From: an uncultured Gammaproteobacteria bacterium
GTDB taxonomy: Bacteria > Patescibacteriota > Microgenomatia > UBA12405 > JAHJSD01
Length of the DNA stretch: 64,000 nt
Assembly (NCBI GenBank): GCA_964428655.1
Contig: CAYRYE010000002.1
Coordinates: 183,156-247,155 of the forward strand
Direction: 5' to 3'
Part shown: in pieces, positions 38,901-49,300 of the stretch
Numbering within the stretch: position 1 is the stretch's first letter
Layout: each line of letters opens with the position of its first letter
Notes under the pieces: model-generated
The model's database searches: none
What the model saw: the letters and a program-made list of their open reading frames with translations, nothing else
What the model was told of the DNA's origin: nothing
Made by a program: the position numbers and the translations under genes

Positions 38901-40343
38901 ACCTTAACCCAAGAAGAAATTCTTATAGACTACAACCAAGGAAAAGCAATGGTTTTGGGAGCATTAAGCACTGATGCTTCTGGAAATGCAGATTTTTCTT
39001 CAGAAAGAGGTTATTGTCCTCCGGGAGATACCACTGCTTCCTGTTCTCCTGTGGGAGAGTGGAAAATGGATGAGAAAACAGGAGTTTATGCTTATGATAC
39101 GAGTGGAAATAACTACACTGGCACCCTTGCTAATTCCCCAACATGGGTACAAGGAAAAGTAGGAGCAGGGCTTGATTTCACCAGAACTTCAAGTCAATAT
39201 GTCTCAACCGCTGATATTGATATCACTAACTCGTTTACACTTGAAGCTTGGGCATATACCACAGACTCAGCTAATCAAAAAGCTATAATCTCTAAAGGAA
39301 CAGGAACTACAACTAACTATTGTTTGGATCTCCGAAGTGCTGATAATTCCATTGGTTTCTTTGTTTATGATAGTGGAGGAGCCGCGCGCGGGCTGACCGG
39401 ATCAACTACAGATAAGTTCCCTACTAACCAATGGACCCATATAGTCGCAGTCTACAACAGCGCCTCAACACCCAACTTTCAAGTTTTTCTAAACGGATCA
39501 GCTATATCCAATACTGCTAACTGGACTGGAACTATGGCTTCAAATGACACTAATACAACTATTGGAGCAAGAGCGACAGGTGATAATTTTTTCGATGGCA
39601 AACTTGACCATGTCAAAATTTATGACTATGCCCGATCTGCATCCCAGATCGCCTGGGATTATAATCGGGGCGGACCGGTGGGATGGTGGAGGTTTGATGA
39701 AAATCAGGAAATGATTGTGTATGATGCTTCAGGAAATGAGAATAATGGGGATCTTGAAGCCTCAATGACAAGTGATGATTGGGTTGAGGGGAAATACAAT
39801 ACTGCTTTGGATTTTGATGGAGGGGATGATTATGTCACCCTCACAAACAACCTCTCCTTAGATTCTGATAACTGGTCAATATCGTGGTGGATGAATAGAA
39901 ATGAACGTGACTATGAGTGTATCTTTTCAAAAGCAATAGGTAGTTTCGCTGGAATGATAGAGGTTGATCATACAAGTTACCCTAATCAAATCAGAGTAGA
40001 ATCTAACACCAATAATGAATGGGTTAAATTTTTTTCAACAAGTATTGATACAACGGATGGTCAGTGGCATCATTATAATCTAGTGTTTGGGCCGAGCAAT
40101 TCGTACCTTTATGTAGATGGTATTCTTACTGATACCGAAACAGCAAATAGCGATTCCGCTGACTATCTAATTAGATACATTGGTGTGCAGCAACAGCAAG
40201 TTACATACATTTATGGTGATTATTTCCAGGGATTATTGGATGATGTTCAAATTTTTAATTATGCCTTAACCCCGTTACAAATTGAAAATTTATATAATCA
40301 GGAATCTGCTATTAGGTTCGGTCCTTCTAGCGGATCACCATAG
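32970..40343 (+). CDS. giant cell-surface protein (2457 aa): N-terminal TM, about 18 tandem 48-aa Cys-containing repeats, then about 8 LamG/concanavalin-A-like lectin domains
   Basis: Repeat unit G..G.YPSLQLDSNDYPVIAYYDxTNxDLKLVHCDDxNCTG recurs from aa 220 to 1000; LamG_3-like cores (DGSWHHLVAVKDDTSSIKLYIDGA, NQWHHAVLVKNGNTAHLYVDG, GEWHHLALVLNSSTSTASLYIDG, DNWNHVVGVADTSDNSIKIYVNG, NQWTHIVAVYNSASTPNFQVFLNG, GQWHHYNLVFGPSNSYLYVDG). Confidence 0.9.
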   Translation: MKYSICKGLKNSLNMLANFRLRTLITILAVLTTLTGIVLFLNKNPQLAEAAWYNGAWTYRKKLTFDNSGQSENLTNFPTMVKLTSTNFTFSQAQSSGQDIRFTDSAGTNLLDYEIESFDASGEEAYLWVKVPQIDGSSATDYIYMYWGNPSASDAQDADATWNSNYKGVWHLNDDAATSTVSDSSGNSNNITSSGTTDKYTSTGQMGGSFTTMGTPQVVPNQAGSTSELYPSIKLDSNDYPVIAFFDDTDNDLMLLHCNDPDCKGDDESLEVVESSGNTGYYPSLQLDTNDYPVIAYWDNTGDDLKFVHCDDVNCTGTETPVSLDTVGDTGRWPSMQLDSSGYPTIAYFDNSNDALKLIHCDDADCTSYNTETVDATANSAYLHSISLQLDDNDYPVIAYYHHTADPTRKVKVTRCNDVDCDGVGESTESPVDGANQYRYLSLQLDITDEYPMITYYDETIGDLFYIHCDDANCAGVETPKTLTTGTARQPWMELNSSGIPIIITHYSVYPRLFICSDADCTTDSEQYITLNNQYYCNYPTMELDSNDYPVFACYSRGKTGSYDINLYRLSPKLTQSYDSDFDFGTGDFSASMWFKSDDASQNFLLSRYDADQGYKLWLDYGGHPCFGIDDDSSFGPDDSACTTPANTEVDMDGQGGTVEEHDMKLNSVNGYPVIAFFDETNDDLEVVRCNDATCTSTTTTTIDSSGDVGRTPSLQLDSNNYPVIAYHYNTSQDLKIVHCGSTDCSSGNTINTVDSGGNVGDYPSLQLDTTNGYPVIAYYDATNTAIKLVHCDDVNCDGDESGNTVTVDNTEIDYPYISVTWMKLDTNGYPVMTYHNNTTYDLKLAHCDNAGCTGDQSGNIVTVETSGTIGRYASLELDSNDYPVIATHRASSDLKLIHCSDANCTTKTSNYVEESTNMDKGYYYIDLELNDSGYPVILHTSLAHWNHILTICNDVNCAGSDESFTHIRGSASDYLFSSLELDSNDYPVISYYDSGKLNLLHATATTYTDTNAYDDGSWHHLVAVKDDTSSIKLYIDGAEVASDTSIAALNTLTSDSAELRLAETITVLAGNDYSTYNWSGDIDEVQIDSTARSADWVAAQYLSESDGFITFGTLELGSTGDGEKPVAYWSFDSGYGTVAQDKTTNNIDLEITGAAWRSEEDCFSGKCLYFDGSGDYLRSTDSNVTTIASGASATYSVWFRTGDTTTEANYPNIMGIRDTSSSPYDIFNLRLYQERIEGEIYENDNNDSIRWTTSVIDNQWHHAVLVKNGNTAHLYVDGLLKDSGTRTWGEISDTEFLIGARETTGGYFKGFIDEPKVYDYARTAAQVKTDYIRGAGAHGGSAVLGAEDTSYLNDGLVGYWKLEETSTPAIDSSGNGNSGTWTGDNIDDTAGKFGNSISLGGTDDYVDMGVVGPVDGATALTVSAWVKPDGAVSDSIVDQYGDSSSATFLFYTNSSGLRGLVEDSSSNRYYGSISDAALAVDTWQHVVMTWDADSQTIYGYVNGEKQTNSVSAPISSLRGTAVKNLVIGGTWNDFAGEIDEVRVYQRALSSAEIRALYNWAPGPVLYYSLDEHTGTSTVYDRSGNDYDGTMSGLSESSWVLGKYGSALNFDGNDSVNITGFTSTTKSNTIEMWAKSSLGDTTYDYLLDSTTGRFVFAWFSSVSGQIGFYDGAWKSFGDTPNDGEWHHLALVLNSSTSTASLYIDGVKFGSDQAYTDKDISGDTYLATNYLGTGGYFNGSLDDVRIYNYARTPGQIVEDMNAGHPIGGSPVGSQVGYWKFDEGYGTTAYDSGLHAENGTLTNSPTWSNSGKIGKALSFSDSSNATYVSIPGSGELEDVTDNSYSFSAWMNPASIPSSGTNNVMTAVGRPGYHTLIGYYYTQKMIMHVRNSDGTAFATTSSNTFSIDNWNHVVGVADTSDNSIKIYVNGKLEGTGSWTGTLRDFGTGEYRIGTSRNGSCSADWAFCFDGLVDEAKIYNTTLTQEEILIDYNQGKAMVLGALSTDASGNADFSSERGYCPPGDTTASCSPVGEWKMDEKTGVYAYDTSGNNYTGTLANSPTWVQGKVGAGLDFTRTSSQYVSTADIDITNSFTLEAWAYTTDSANQKAIISKGTGTTTNYCLDLRSADNSIGFFVYDSGGAARGLTGSTTDKFPTNQWTHIVAVYNSASTPNFQVFLNGSAISNTANWTGTMASNDTNTTIGARATGDNFFDGKLDHVKIYDYARSASQIAWDYNRGGPVGWWRFDENQEMIVYDASGNENNGDLEASMTSDDWVEGKYNTALDFDGGDDYVTLTNNLSLDSDNWSISWWMNRNERDYECIFSKAIGSFAGMIEVDHTSYPNQIRVESNTNNEWVKFFSTSIDTTDGQWHHYNLVFGPSNSYLYVDGILTDTETANSDSADYLIRYIGVQQQQVTYIYGDYFQGLLDDVQIFNYALTPLQIENLYNQESAIRFGPSSGSP

Positions 40344-40366
40344 TCAGTAATTAGTAAACAGTAAGT

Positions 40367-43300
40367 ATGGATTTAAACAAATTACTACAACTAAATCAAA
40401 TCAGACACTATTTAGAAACCTTGAGAGTACAGGGTAAAAGTGAGGCGACTATCAGACGAAAGGCGATAGCGCTAAAGAAATTCGCAGAGTGGGCTGCCAC
40501 CAAGGAACAATCCCGAATTGGGATCGGAATCGGAATAATTGGCGGCACTAAACCAAAAACATTCAAAGAACAAGTCTCTCATAAAATACTTAATACTAAA
40601 TACCAAATACTAAATACTCTTTCCTCTGTTCCCGCCTACTTCAAGTTCGGCGCCATTGCCATCATGACCGTTGCTCTGGGCCTATTCATTTATGATCAAT
40701 TTATTAAGAAAGCTCCAGAGCAACTAGCCTATCCTTCCACCCTCACAGCTCCATCACGAGTCCTTTCCTTTCAAGGCCGGTTGACTGACGACCAAGACAC
40801 GCCAATCACCGACTCAACCAACTTTGTTTTTAAACTTTGGAAAGTAGAGGAAAATGGAACAGAAGTTGATTGTGATGGCGGTGGAGATGAAGATTGTCTT
40901 TGGGAATCAAACACCTGCGGCATTAACCCTGATGAAGACGGCATCTTCTCAGTCCGGCTAGGAGCGACCAGTGGCTCTGACGCTTGCGGCGGAGCAATTG
41001 ACTCCTCGGTCTTCACTGAAAATATTGGCATTTGGTTAGAAGTAACTGTAGCCAGCGAAACACTTGATCCCCGTCAACCAATTGCCACCTCAGCCTATGC
41101 CTTAAACGCTGAAACTCTACAAGGATTTCCGCCAGGAACCGGCACAAGCAACATATTATATATAGACAGCAGTGGCAACATTGGCATCGGTGTCACTTCA
41201 CCTACCCTAGATGCCACCAGCTCCAGCGGCACTTTTGCCATCAAGGGCCAATCATTACTACTGCAAACTCCTAATACTTCTGATGGCGACATTGGTATCA
41301 ATCCTGACGGTGAAGGTGTTTTAGATTTGATTTTTGATGGCTCTGCCCCTTCAAGCAGTTATACCAGCAACGGCATCGGCGGCTTTGTCACTGCCACCAA
41401 CAGCAACATTACTTCCGGAGCAATGTATTTTGGTGAAGTCGCTTCAGTTGCCACCGGCTATGACTTTATCCAATTTATGTCCGGCTCAACGCCAACAGAA
41501 AAATTCTCGGTTGATGCTTCAGGCCACACCTACATCGCCGGCAACGTCGGGATTGGGACGACAAACCCTAATAACTTTAAACTTCAGGTGGATGGCAATG
41601 TTGGTCCTCAGACTGACAGCGACTATGATTTAGGATCTGACACTATTAGATGGGCTAATGTTTATGCTGATAATTTAATTGGTACTATCTCTCCAGGATT
41701 TTCTGAAGGATCAGTTATCTTTGCTGATAGTTTAGGAGATCTTACTGAAGATAATGCTAATTTCTTTTGGAATGATACTGATGATAGGTTGGGGATTGGA
41801 ACTACGGAGCCAGGGGCAAAATTACATACTTATAGAAATGACACTATTGGAACATGGGGGGCAATGACATTATCTAATGCCACTGCCTTATTTCAGGATT
41901 CAGGTGTTAATCTCTATGTTGACGGAAACACTTTAGTAACTAGTGGAGATTTATATCTTGGTACTTCAACAGCAAGTGACATTTTTTTTGGTACTAACGA
42001 CGCCTATACAGTCACCTTTAAATCAGGCGGTGATGTGGGAATTGGCACAACTGAACCCTCTGCCCTACTTTCAGTTGGTTCTACTTCTCAATTTCAAGTC
42101 AACTCTTCTGGAGCCATTGCGGCAGCAACAGGCATTACCTCTTCTGGAACCATTACATTTTCTGATCTTAGCACTAATGGACCTACCTATGTTGCTACAG
42201 GAGTAATGAATAGTGAACAGTATCTTGACATGACTAGAGGAGGAACTGATGCTGATCTTTCAGGGGTAGCTGAAGGAGGTTTAATATATAAAGCAGCTTC
42301 TGCTCTAGCAGGTACAGGAGCTTTAACAGGAATGCTGAAAGGCAATACTGCTTCGGCTCCTAGCGCAGTTACTTCTACAGCCGACTATGTTACTTATTGG
42401 AGTGATGCCAACACTATTACTGGAGAGCAATACCTCTCAGTCAGCCGAGGTGGGTCTGGAATAGGCACCTTCACTAAAGGAGTTCTCCTTTCTCCCGGTG
42501 GCACTACTGCTTTTACTACTGTAGCTGGAATAAACAATTACATCCCCAAATGGTCATCTAGTTACATAACTACCACTAGCTCAATTTATGATGATGGCGA
42601 TGTCGGCATTGGGACGACTGGGCCGGGACAGAAATTAACAGTTCAAGATGATAATTCAGATAGCATTCCAACAGATCAGGATTTAGAAGTAGGGCAGATT
42701 CAAATTCAAAATCTTGACGCGTCAGCAGTATTTGCAGGTCTATCTTTTAGGGCAAGAACAACAAATAGAGCTATGGGATTGATTGGATTGGATTGGGCAA
42801 GTGGTGCTGGTGATATTTTCTTCCGAATCAGAGATGGTTCTTTAACTTCTAAAGAAGTTATGAGATTAGAAAGTACGGGCAACGTCGGGATTGGGACAAC
42901 AGATCCTCAAGCTTTACTCTCAGTAGGTTCTACTTCTCAATTCCAGGTAAACTCGACTGGAGCCATTGCGGCAGCAACTGGAATAACGTCTTCAGGCACT
43001 ATTACTTTTAGTGGTTTAACCGCTAATCGTTTAGTCACTACCACCACAGGAGGACAATTAACCAATTCCATCACCTCGGCTAATGTTGACGACTCAGTCA
43101 CGAATAACACAGGATCAGGTCTTCTTGTGTTTGCTACTTCACCTATCTTTACTACAGATATAACTACTCCTCAGATTCTTTCTTCTGCTGATTTAACTAT
43201 TGATCCAGCAGGAGAAAATGTCAACCTAGGCTCAGGAGACAATCTTAACATCACAGCTTCAACTGATTTGTTCTTTGGCACTACTTCATTGGGAGAGATA

Positions 43301-46300
43301 ACAGGACCAACTGATTCTGGTGCTTATGTAGTAGGAACTAATGATGAGTTTAGTAATAGTGATGAAGTTAATGTTCAAGGAGTCTTAGATGATTTAGATG
43401 CCCATATTGAGAGTTTGGAAACGGGTGGATCTGGTCTATGGATAGATGATGGTTTATACATTTATCCTATTAACTTTACTGACTTTGTCATTACTGATGC
43501 CGGCAACGTGGGGATTGGGACAACGGGGCCGGATAGTCCTCTTGAAATTAGCGGCAGTGGTGCTCAACAATTAAAAATCACTTCAACTGACCATATAAGC
43601 TCGGCAGTTGTTTTGGAAAGAACTGATAATGACTACTATGACTGGAGAATGATGAATAGCGGCGGTAATCTTTTTTTCTCTGAAAGTATAGATGAAGGTG
43701 CTTCTTGGCTTGACAATGTATTCTTTGGAGGCGATCCTACTTATCATGGACGCGTCGGGATTGGAACAACCGCACCTGATGAAGAACTTACAGTTTCCAT
43801 AGCCCAAAACGAATCCACTCTTATAAAAGTAACAAACAGTACTAATGACACCTTAGCAGCTGCTGGATTTTATTTTGACTCTGCTACTAGTAATGGTATT
43901 TTTGCTGCTCTTCCAAGTAATTATACTGGTGGTGGTACGGGAGCGCATTTTGCTGATCGGGTTGGATTCACTGCTTATGATACTGCCGCTGGCCTAGATG
44001 TTGTTGCTATTGACACTAACGCCGACATCCGCTTTTACACTGGCGGCCTTGCAATTTCAAATGAAAGAATTAGAATTGAGTCCGGTGGCAACGTCGGGAT
44101 TGGGACGACGGGGCCAAACGCGCAGTTCGAGGTTCGAGGTTCAGGGTTGGAGGCAAGATTAACAGATGATGGAACAGGATATTATGCAGATTTAGGAGTT
44201 GACTCCAGCGGCAATCTAACTATCTCTACTTCAAATGGAGCCTTGAACCTTGAACCTACAGCCAACCAGAACTTGAATATCACTACTTCAGGAACAGGAG
44301 ATGTAGCAGTCAATACCAACCAACTCTATGTTGATTCAAGTTCTGGCTATATTGGGATTGGGACAACGGGGCCACTTGTGAAGTTAAATGTTTCACAAGA
44401 TCAGGTTACAAGCATAAGTCAAGCGCAGTTTATGATTACAGGAGCAACTGACACTAATAAGAGAACATTGATAGGATATAACACAACAAACAATTACGGC
44501 TGGATGGGAGCAGGAACACTAGATTCTCAATGGGATCCACTGGTTTTACAACCAATTAGCGGCAACGTTGGGATTGGGACGACTAATCCAGGGGCAAAAT
44601 TAGAAGTGGCCGGACAAGTAAAAATTACAGGTGGAAGTCCGGGAGCTGATAAAGTATTAACTTCAAATGTTAGTGGTTTAGCCACTTGGGAAACAATTGG
44701 TGGTGAAGGGGTTACTCCTGATTCTTTAGACTACACTGAGTTTGTTGATGCAATGACTGTTGACGATAACACCAGTATTAATCTCTACAGTGGCACTACT
44801 GATGTTGATCTTAGATATTACAATTCCAGCTCCTCAGACGAACTACTCTTTTTAGATGGAAGCACGGGGTACGTCGGGATTGGAACGACTGGGCCGGGGG
44901 CAAGGTTAGACATTCATAATGATGCAAGCACAGGTGTCCCTTTAAATGTAATGTCTAGAGCTGGTTCAGCAGATAACGGAGAACTACAGATTGGCTTCAT
45001 TAATAATGACGGAGGACAAAGCTGGCGTATGGGAACCGCAAGCGATAGAAATTTTTACATTACAGAAGATGATGCTGGTGGTTATGGAACATCCAGATTG
45101 ACTCTCGAAGAAGGCGGCAACGTCGGCATTGGGACGACAAATCCAAGCGCTACACTACACGTTGCAGGCAATACACTAACAACAGGTAATACCTATATTG
45201 GCGCTACCACCGGCGATCAATACTTTTGGAGTGATTCCGCAGGAAGAATTGCTACAATGGCAGATTTTTATGTCCAAGCTACCTCATCAAACACTTACCT
45301 CTACTCTGCCATCACATACCTGGGAGCTGCCTCAGGTGATAACATCCTTTTCAGAGCAAATGAAGTATATGGCGATTCCTGGAGAATATCCTCTACTACT
45401 GGAGCTTATCACGCCGGCTCATCTACTGAATATGTTTATAATCGTTTCGGCTCCGGAGGAACAGCTAATTTTGCTTCTGATGATGCTTCTGATGTATATG
45501 TTCAGGATGAATTAGAGGTGGATGGTTCTATATGTTTGGGTGGGGTTTGTGAGTCTACCTTCCTGGATTTTGGTCCGTGGGACTATAACTCTGGCGCTAA
45601 CACTGTTCATCCTGATAGCACTTCCTACAATGTAGGTATTGGTACAACCAGCGCCGGCACTGCCAAACTAGCAGTAATAGGCGGCAATGTGGGGATTGGG
45701 ACAACGGGGCCGGGATATAAACTCGATGTAAATGCCGGAACTGATAATGAAATTACAAGATTTATCAGTACAGATGATTCGGCAAGAATTTTAGTTACGG
45801 ATGAGGATACAACCACATACTTGGGTTCTAGTAACGGATATACATATTTAGGTGGTGGAGCAGGACTTCTAGCTCAGAACCTGGTGATAAATACAACAAC
45901 CGGCAACGTCGGGATTGGGACGACTGATCCCAAGGCAGAACTTCATGTGATGGGTACATCTGGCACTATCCCCTCCTTATTTAGTGGTACCAATCTGGTT
46001 GTATCCAATACAGAAGCTGCTGGAAACAATACTAATATCTCAATTTTAGGTGGTGCAGAAGGTGATACGGCAATTATGTTTGGCGACACTGCTGACGAAG
46101 ACGCAGGAGCAGTTAGTTACGATCACAATACAGACTATATGTCTTTCAGGGTAAATGCAGGGACAAAGATGACCATTGACGATAGTGGCAACGTCGGGAT
46201 TGGGACGACGGGGCCAGGAATGCCTCTCCATTTAACCAAAGCGAGTAATGATTTAGTTGAGTTTGAAAGTACTAATTCATGGATGGGGTTGCATTTAACA

Positions 46301-49300
46301 GGAGCCGCAGGGTACGACTCAAACATTTATTTCAAAGAAGCTGATACAAAAGAAATGAGAATTAGTTGGGATGCTTCGGAAAACGAGTTAGCATTTGTGG
46401 ATGAAACAGATAGTGCTGCGAGAAGAATGGTTATAGAACAAACCGGCAACGTGGGGATTGGGACGACGGGGCCCACTTCCCTACTTCACCTGGCCTCTAC
46501 TTCTACATCTACCGGCTTTACTGGTTTTAATCTGGATTGGTCGCCTGGTTCTGCTGCCACTCTTACCGGTGATCTGTTTGCTATCAACATTGGCAGTAAT
46601 GGTAATGCTGATAATTTATTTAATGTGTTAGATAATAGTTCCTCTTTATTCTCTGTCTCAGAAACCCAGATAACCTCTGCTCTTCCCCATCAATTTACAT
46701 CTACAGGAGATGTGTCAATAGCTTACGACATAATTTTTACTAACCAAACCGCTTCTTATATAAAATCTTATGCTCCTTTATATATTGATGCTGGAGAATC
46801 TTTTGAAAGCAATGATCTGACTTTATCTACTTATAATGCCGGAGATATTGTTTTTGACGCCGGTGATGCCAGCGGCGATACAGGAACAATTAAATTTTAT
46901 GATGCTTATGTTAAGGGAGCAACTGATACGACACCAATTGCTTTTTCTGATGTGGCCGCTGATATTAATACTTTCAGAACAAATTACACTGATGAAAATA
47001 TTATTGGCGCTTTTAATGAAGTCTATGATGCGGCTACCGGCTCTGTTGGTGGTGGCGGTCCCTGGACTCGCTCTGGAACTGATACTTATCTTACTAATAC
47101 TGGAGATAACGTCGGTATCGGAACGACGGATCCAGACAATAAACTAGACATCAGTGGGACATTGGAAGTTGGTACTAGTACTAGAGGAGCTCTCTTATAT
47201 TCTACTGCCGCAGATAATTTTAGATTCCACACCTATACTAATACCCCCAATCCAAATATTCGGATTGGATATGGTAATGGATCAGGTGGACAAGATACTT
47301 CAAGTGAATATATTGATATGAATGCAGGAGAGATAAATTTCATAAATGCCGACGTCGGGATTGGGATAGCGACTCCGGATGAACCTTTAGAAATTTATAG
47401 ATCAAATGATCCCACTGCAGGTACTACATATTTAAAAATAACAAATCCTTCAAGTGGAAATTGGAAGACTGGAGAAGCAGCAACAGGTATACGGTTCGAA
47501 AAGGAAGGGAAAATTACAGGATATATTGAATCCGCGCACTTCCGTACCGGCAGTGGAGCGGATCATAGTAACGAGGATGCTGGACTTGCCTTCGGTACAA
47601 GACACAGCCATGATTTAGATCCAACTACCAAGATGGTAATCGATAATTATGGCAACGTAGGAATTGGGACAACGACGCCGGGAGCTAAGCTAGACATCCT
47701 ATCGACCGGCGAACAACTAAGAACTAGCTATAACTCCAGCAATTACACTCAGTTTGAAACCGACAGCGATGGCGACTTAAATATCACCCTCAACGGGGGT
47801 GGAAGTGATAAAAGAGTAATCATTAGTAATGATCTGCAAATTAATGGTGGAGATATTGTTGACAGCAGCGGTACTACAAGAATCAGCATCGGCAATGTAA
47901 TCTCTCTTTATCCTGACTCCTCCAATTTAGTCCGAGTTATCAACACCAGTGGATCACCAGCCAGTAGATATTTGCCATTAAGACTAACTCGCTCATATTC
48001 TAGTTTCAGCACAAGTTATGAGGTTGGGATACAGTTTGACATCCAAGAAAACACCACTGTCATGCCGGCAGGATTTATTAGCAGTAAAATTACAGACTCT
48101 ACAAATGAGTATGGCAAAATGTTTCTCGCCACTTCAGATGGAACTGGCGATACTGATTGGGAAATAGGGATAACCATAGACCACTTGGGCAACGTCGGGA
48201 TTGGGACGACGAATCCAACAGAAAAACTTCATGTTGTTGGAGATGGCTACTTTACCGCCGATGTAGGTATTGGAACTGCTGTCAACGCCACTTATGACCT
48301 ATCGGTTGGATCACATATAAGAACGGTCTCGGGCAACATTTACTCTGGAGGAACCCAAGGATTTGTGTTCGGGAGTTCTACTAGTGAAGGAGAATATATT
48401 TATAGATCCGGCAATGATATTCGAACATATGCAGGAGGAGCTAATGTACTCACTGTTGATGGAGATAACGGAAGAGTCGGGATTGGGACGACGGGGCCGG
48501 AAATGACATTAGATGTTTATGGAGGTGTTGGTACTGGTATTATAGTTGGGGATCATGCAGTGAGACAGCCATATATTAGACGCTCTCTACATAGCCCAAG
48601 TGATGTGACATATAGTTTTTATGGTTACACTGATGCTGGGATGTATATGCCTGAAGCTAACAAATTAGCTTTCGCTGTAAATGGTGGAGAAAGAATTACA
48701 CTAGACAGTGGCGGCAACGTCGGGATTGGGACGACGAGTCCGCTAGGGCAACTTGATGTTGTTGGTGGTGTAACCAGAACCGGAACCGCACCAACAACCC
48801 CATCTTTTTACGTAACTGGTACATTAAGTGCTGGTACAGCAGGACCCGCAGCCAATAACATAGAGTTCAGACACGATAATCAAACCCAAGGAATAGGTTT
48901 TGGGTATCAGACAATCTACGCAACAGGAACAACTACCAATCAACCATTAAATTTGTTGTCGAGAGGATCAAGCCCAATAACATTAAACGCGTACGGGTAC
49001 AGCACCGGCAACGTCGGGATTGGGACGGCGGGGCCGTTGTCAAAACTTAGCGTCGGCGGAGCTGGCATATCTAACACCGGCGTGTATGGCTACGGCACCA
49101 GCTACGGCGTGTATGGCGGCGGCGGCACCTACGGCGTGTATGGCAGTGGCACAGGCTACGGTGTGCGAGCAATGGGCGGTACCTACGGCTTGTATGGCAG
49201 CGGCACAAGCTACGGCGCATATGGCGCGGGCGATACCTCCGGCGTGTATGGCGACGGCGGTACCTACGGCGTGTATGGCGACGGAACCACTGGCGTGCGT

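Noticed and set aside
41536-49035. Regularly spaced near-identical 25-30 nt DNA cores, considered as a CRISPR-like array
   Set aside because: Spacing is about 250-300 bp and variable, the cores lie in-frame inside a continuous 11.5-kb ORF and encode a conserved peptide motif, and there are no cas genes. It is a protein repeat, not CRISPR.
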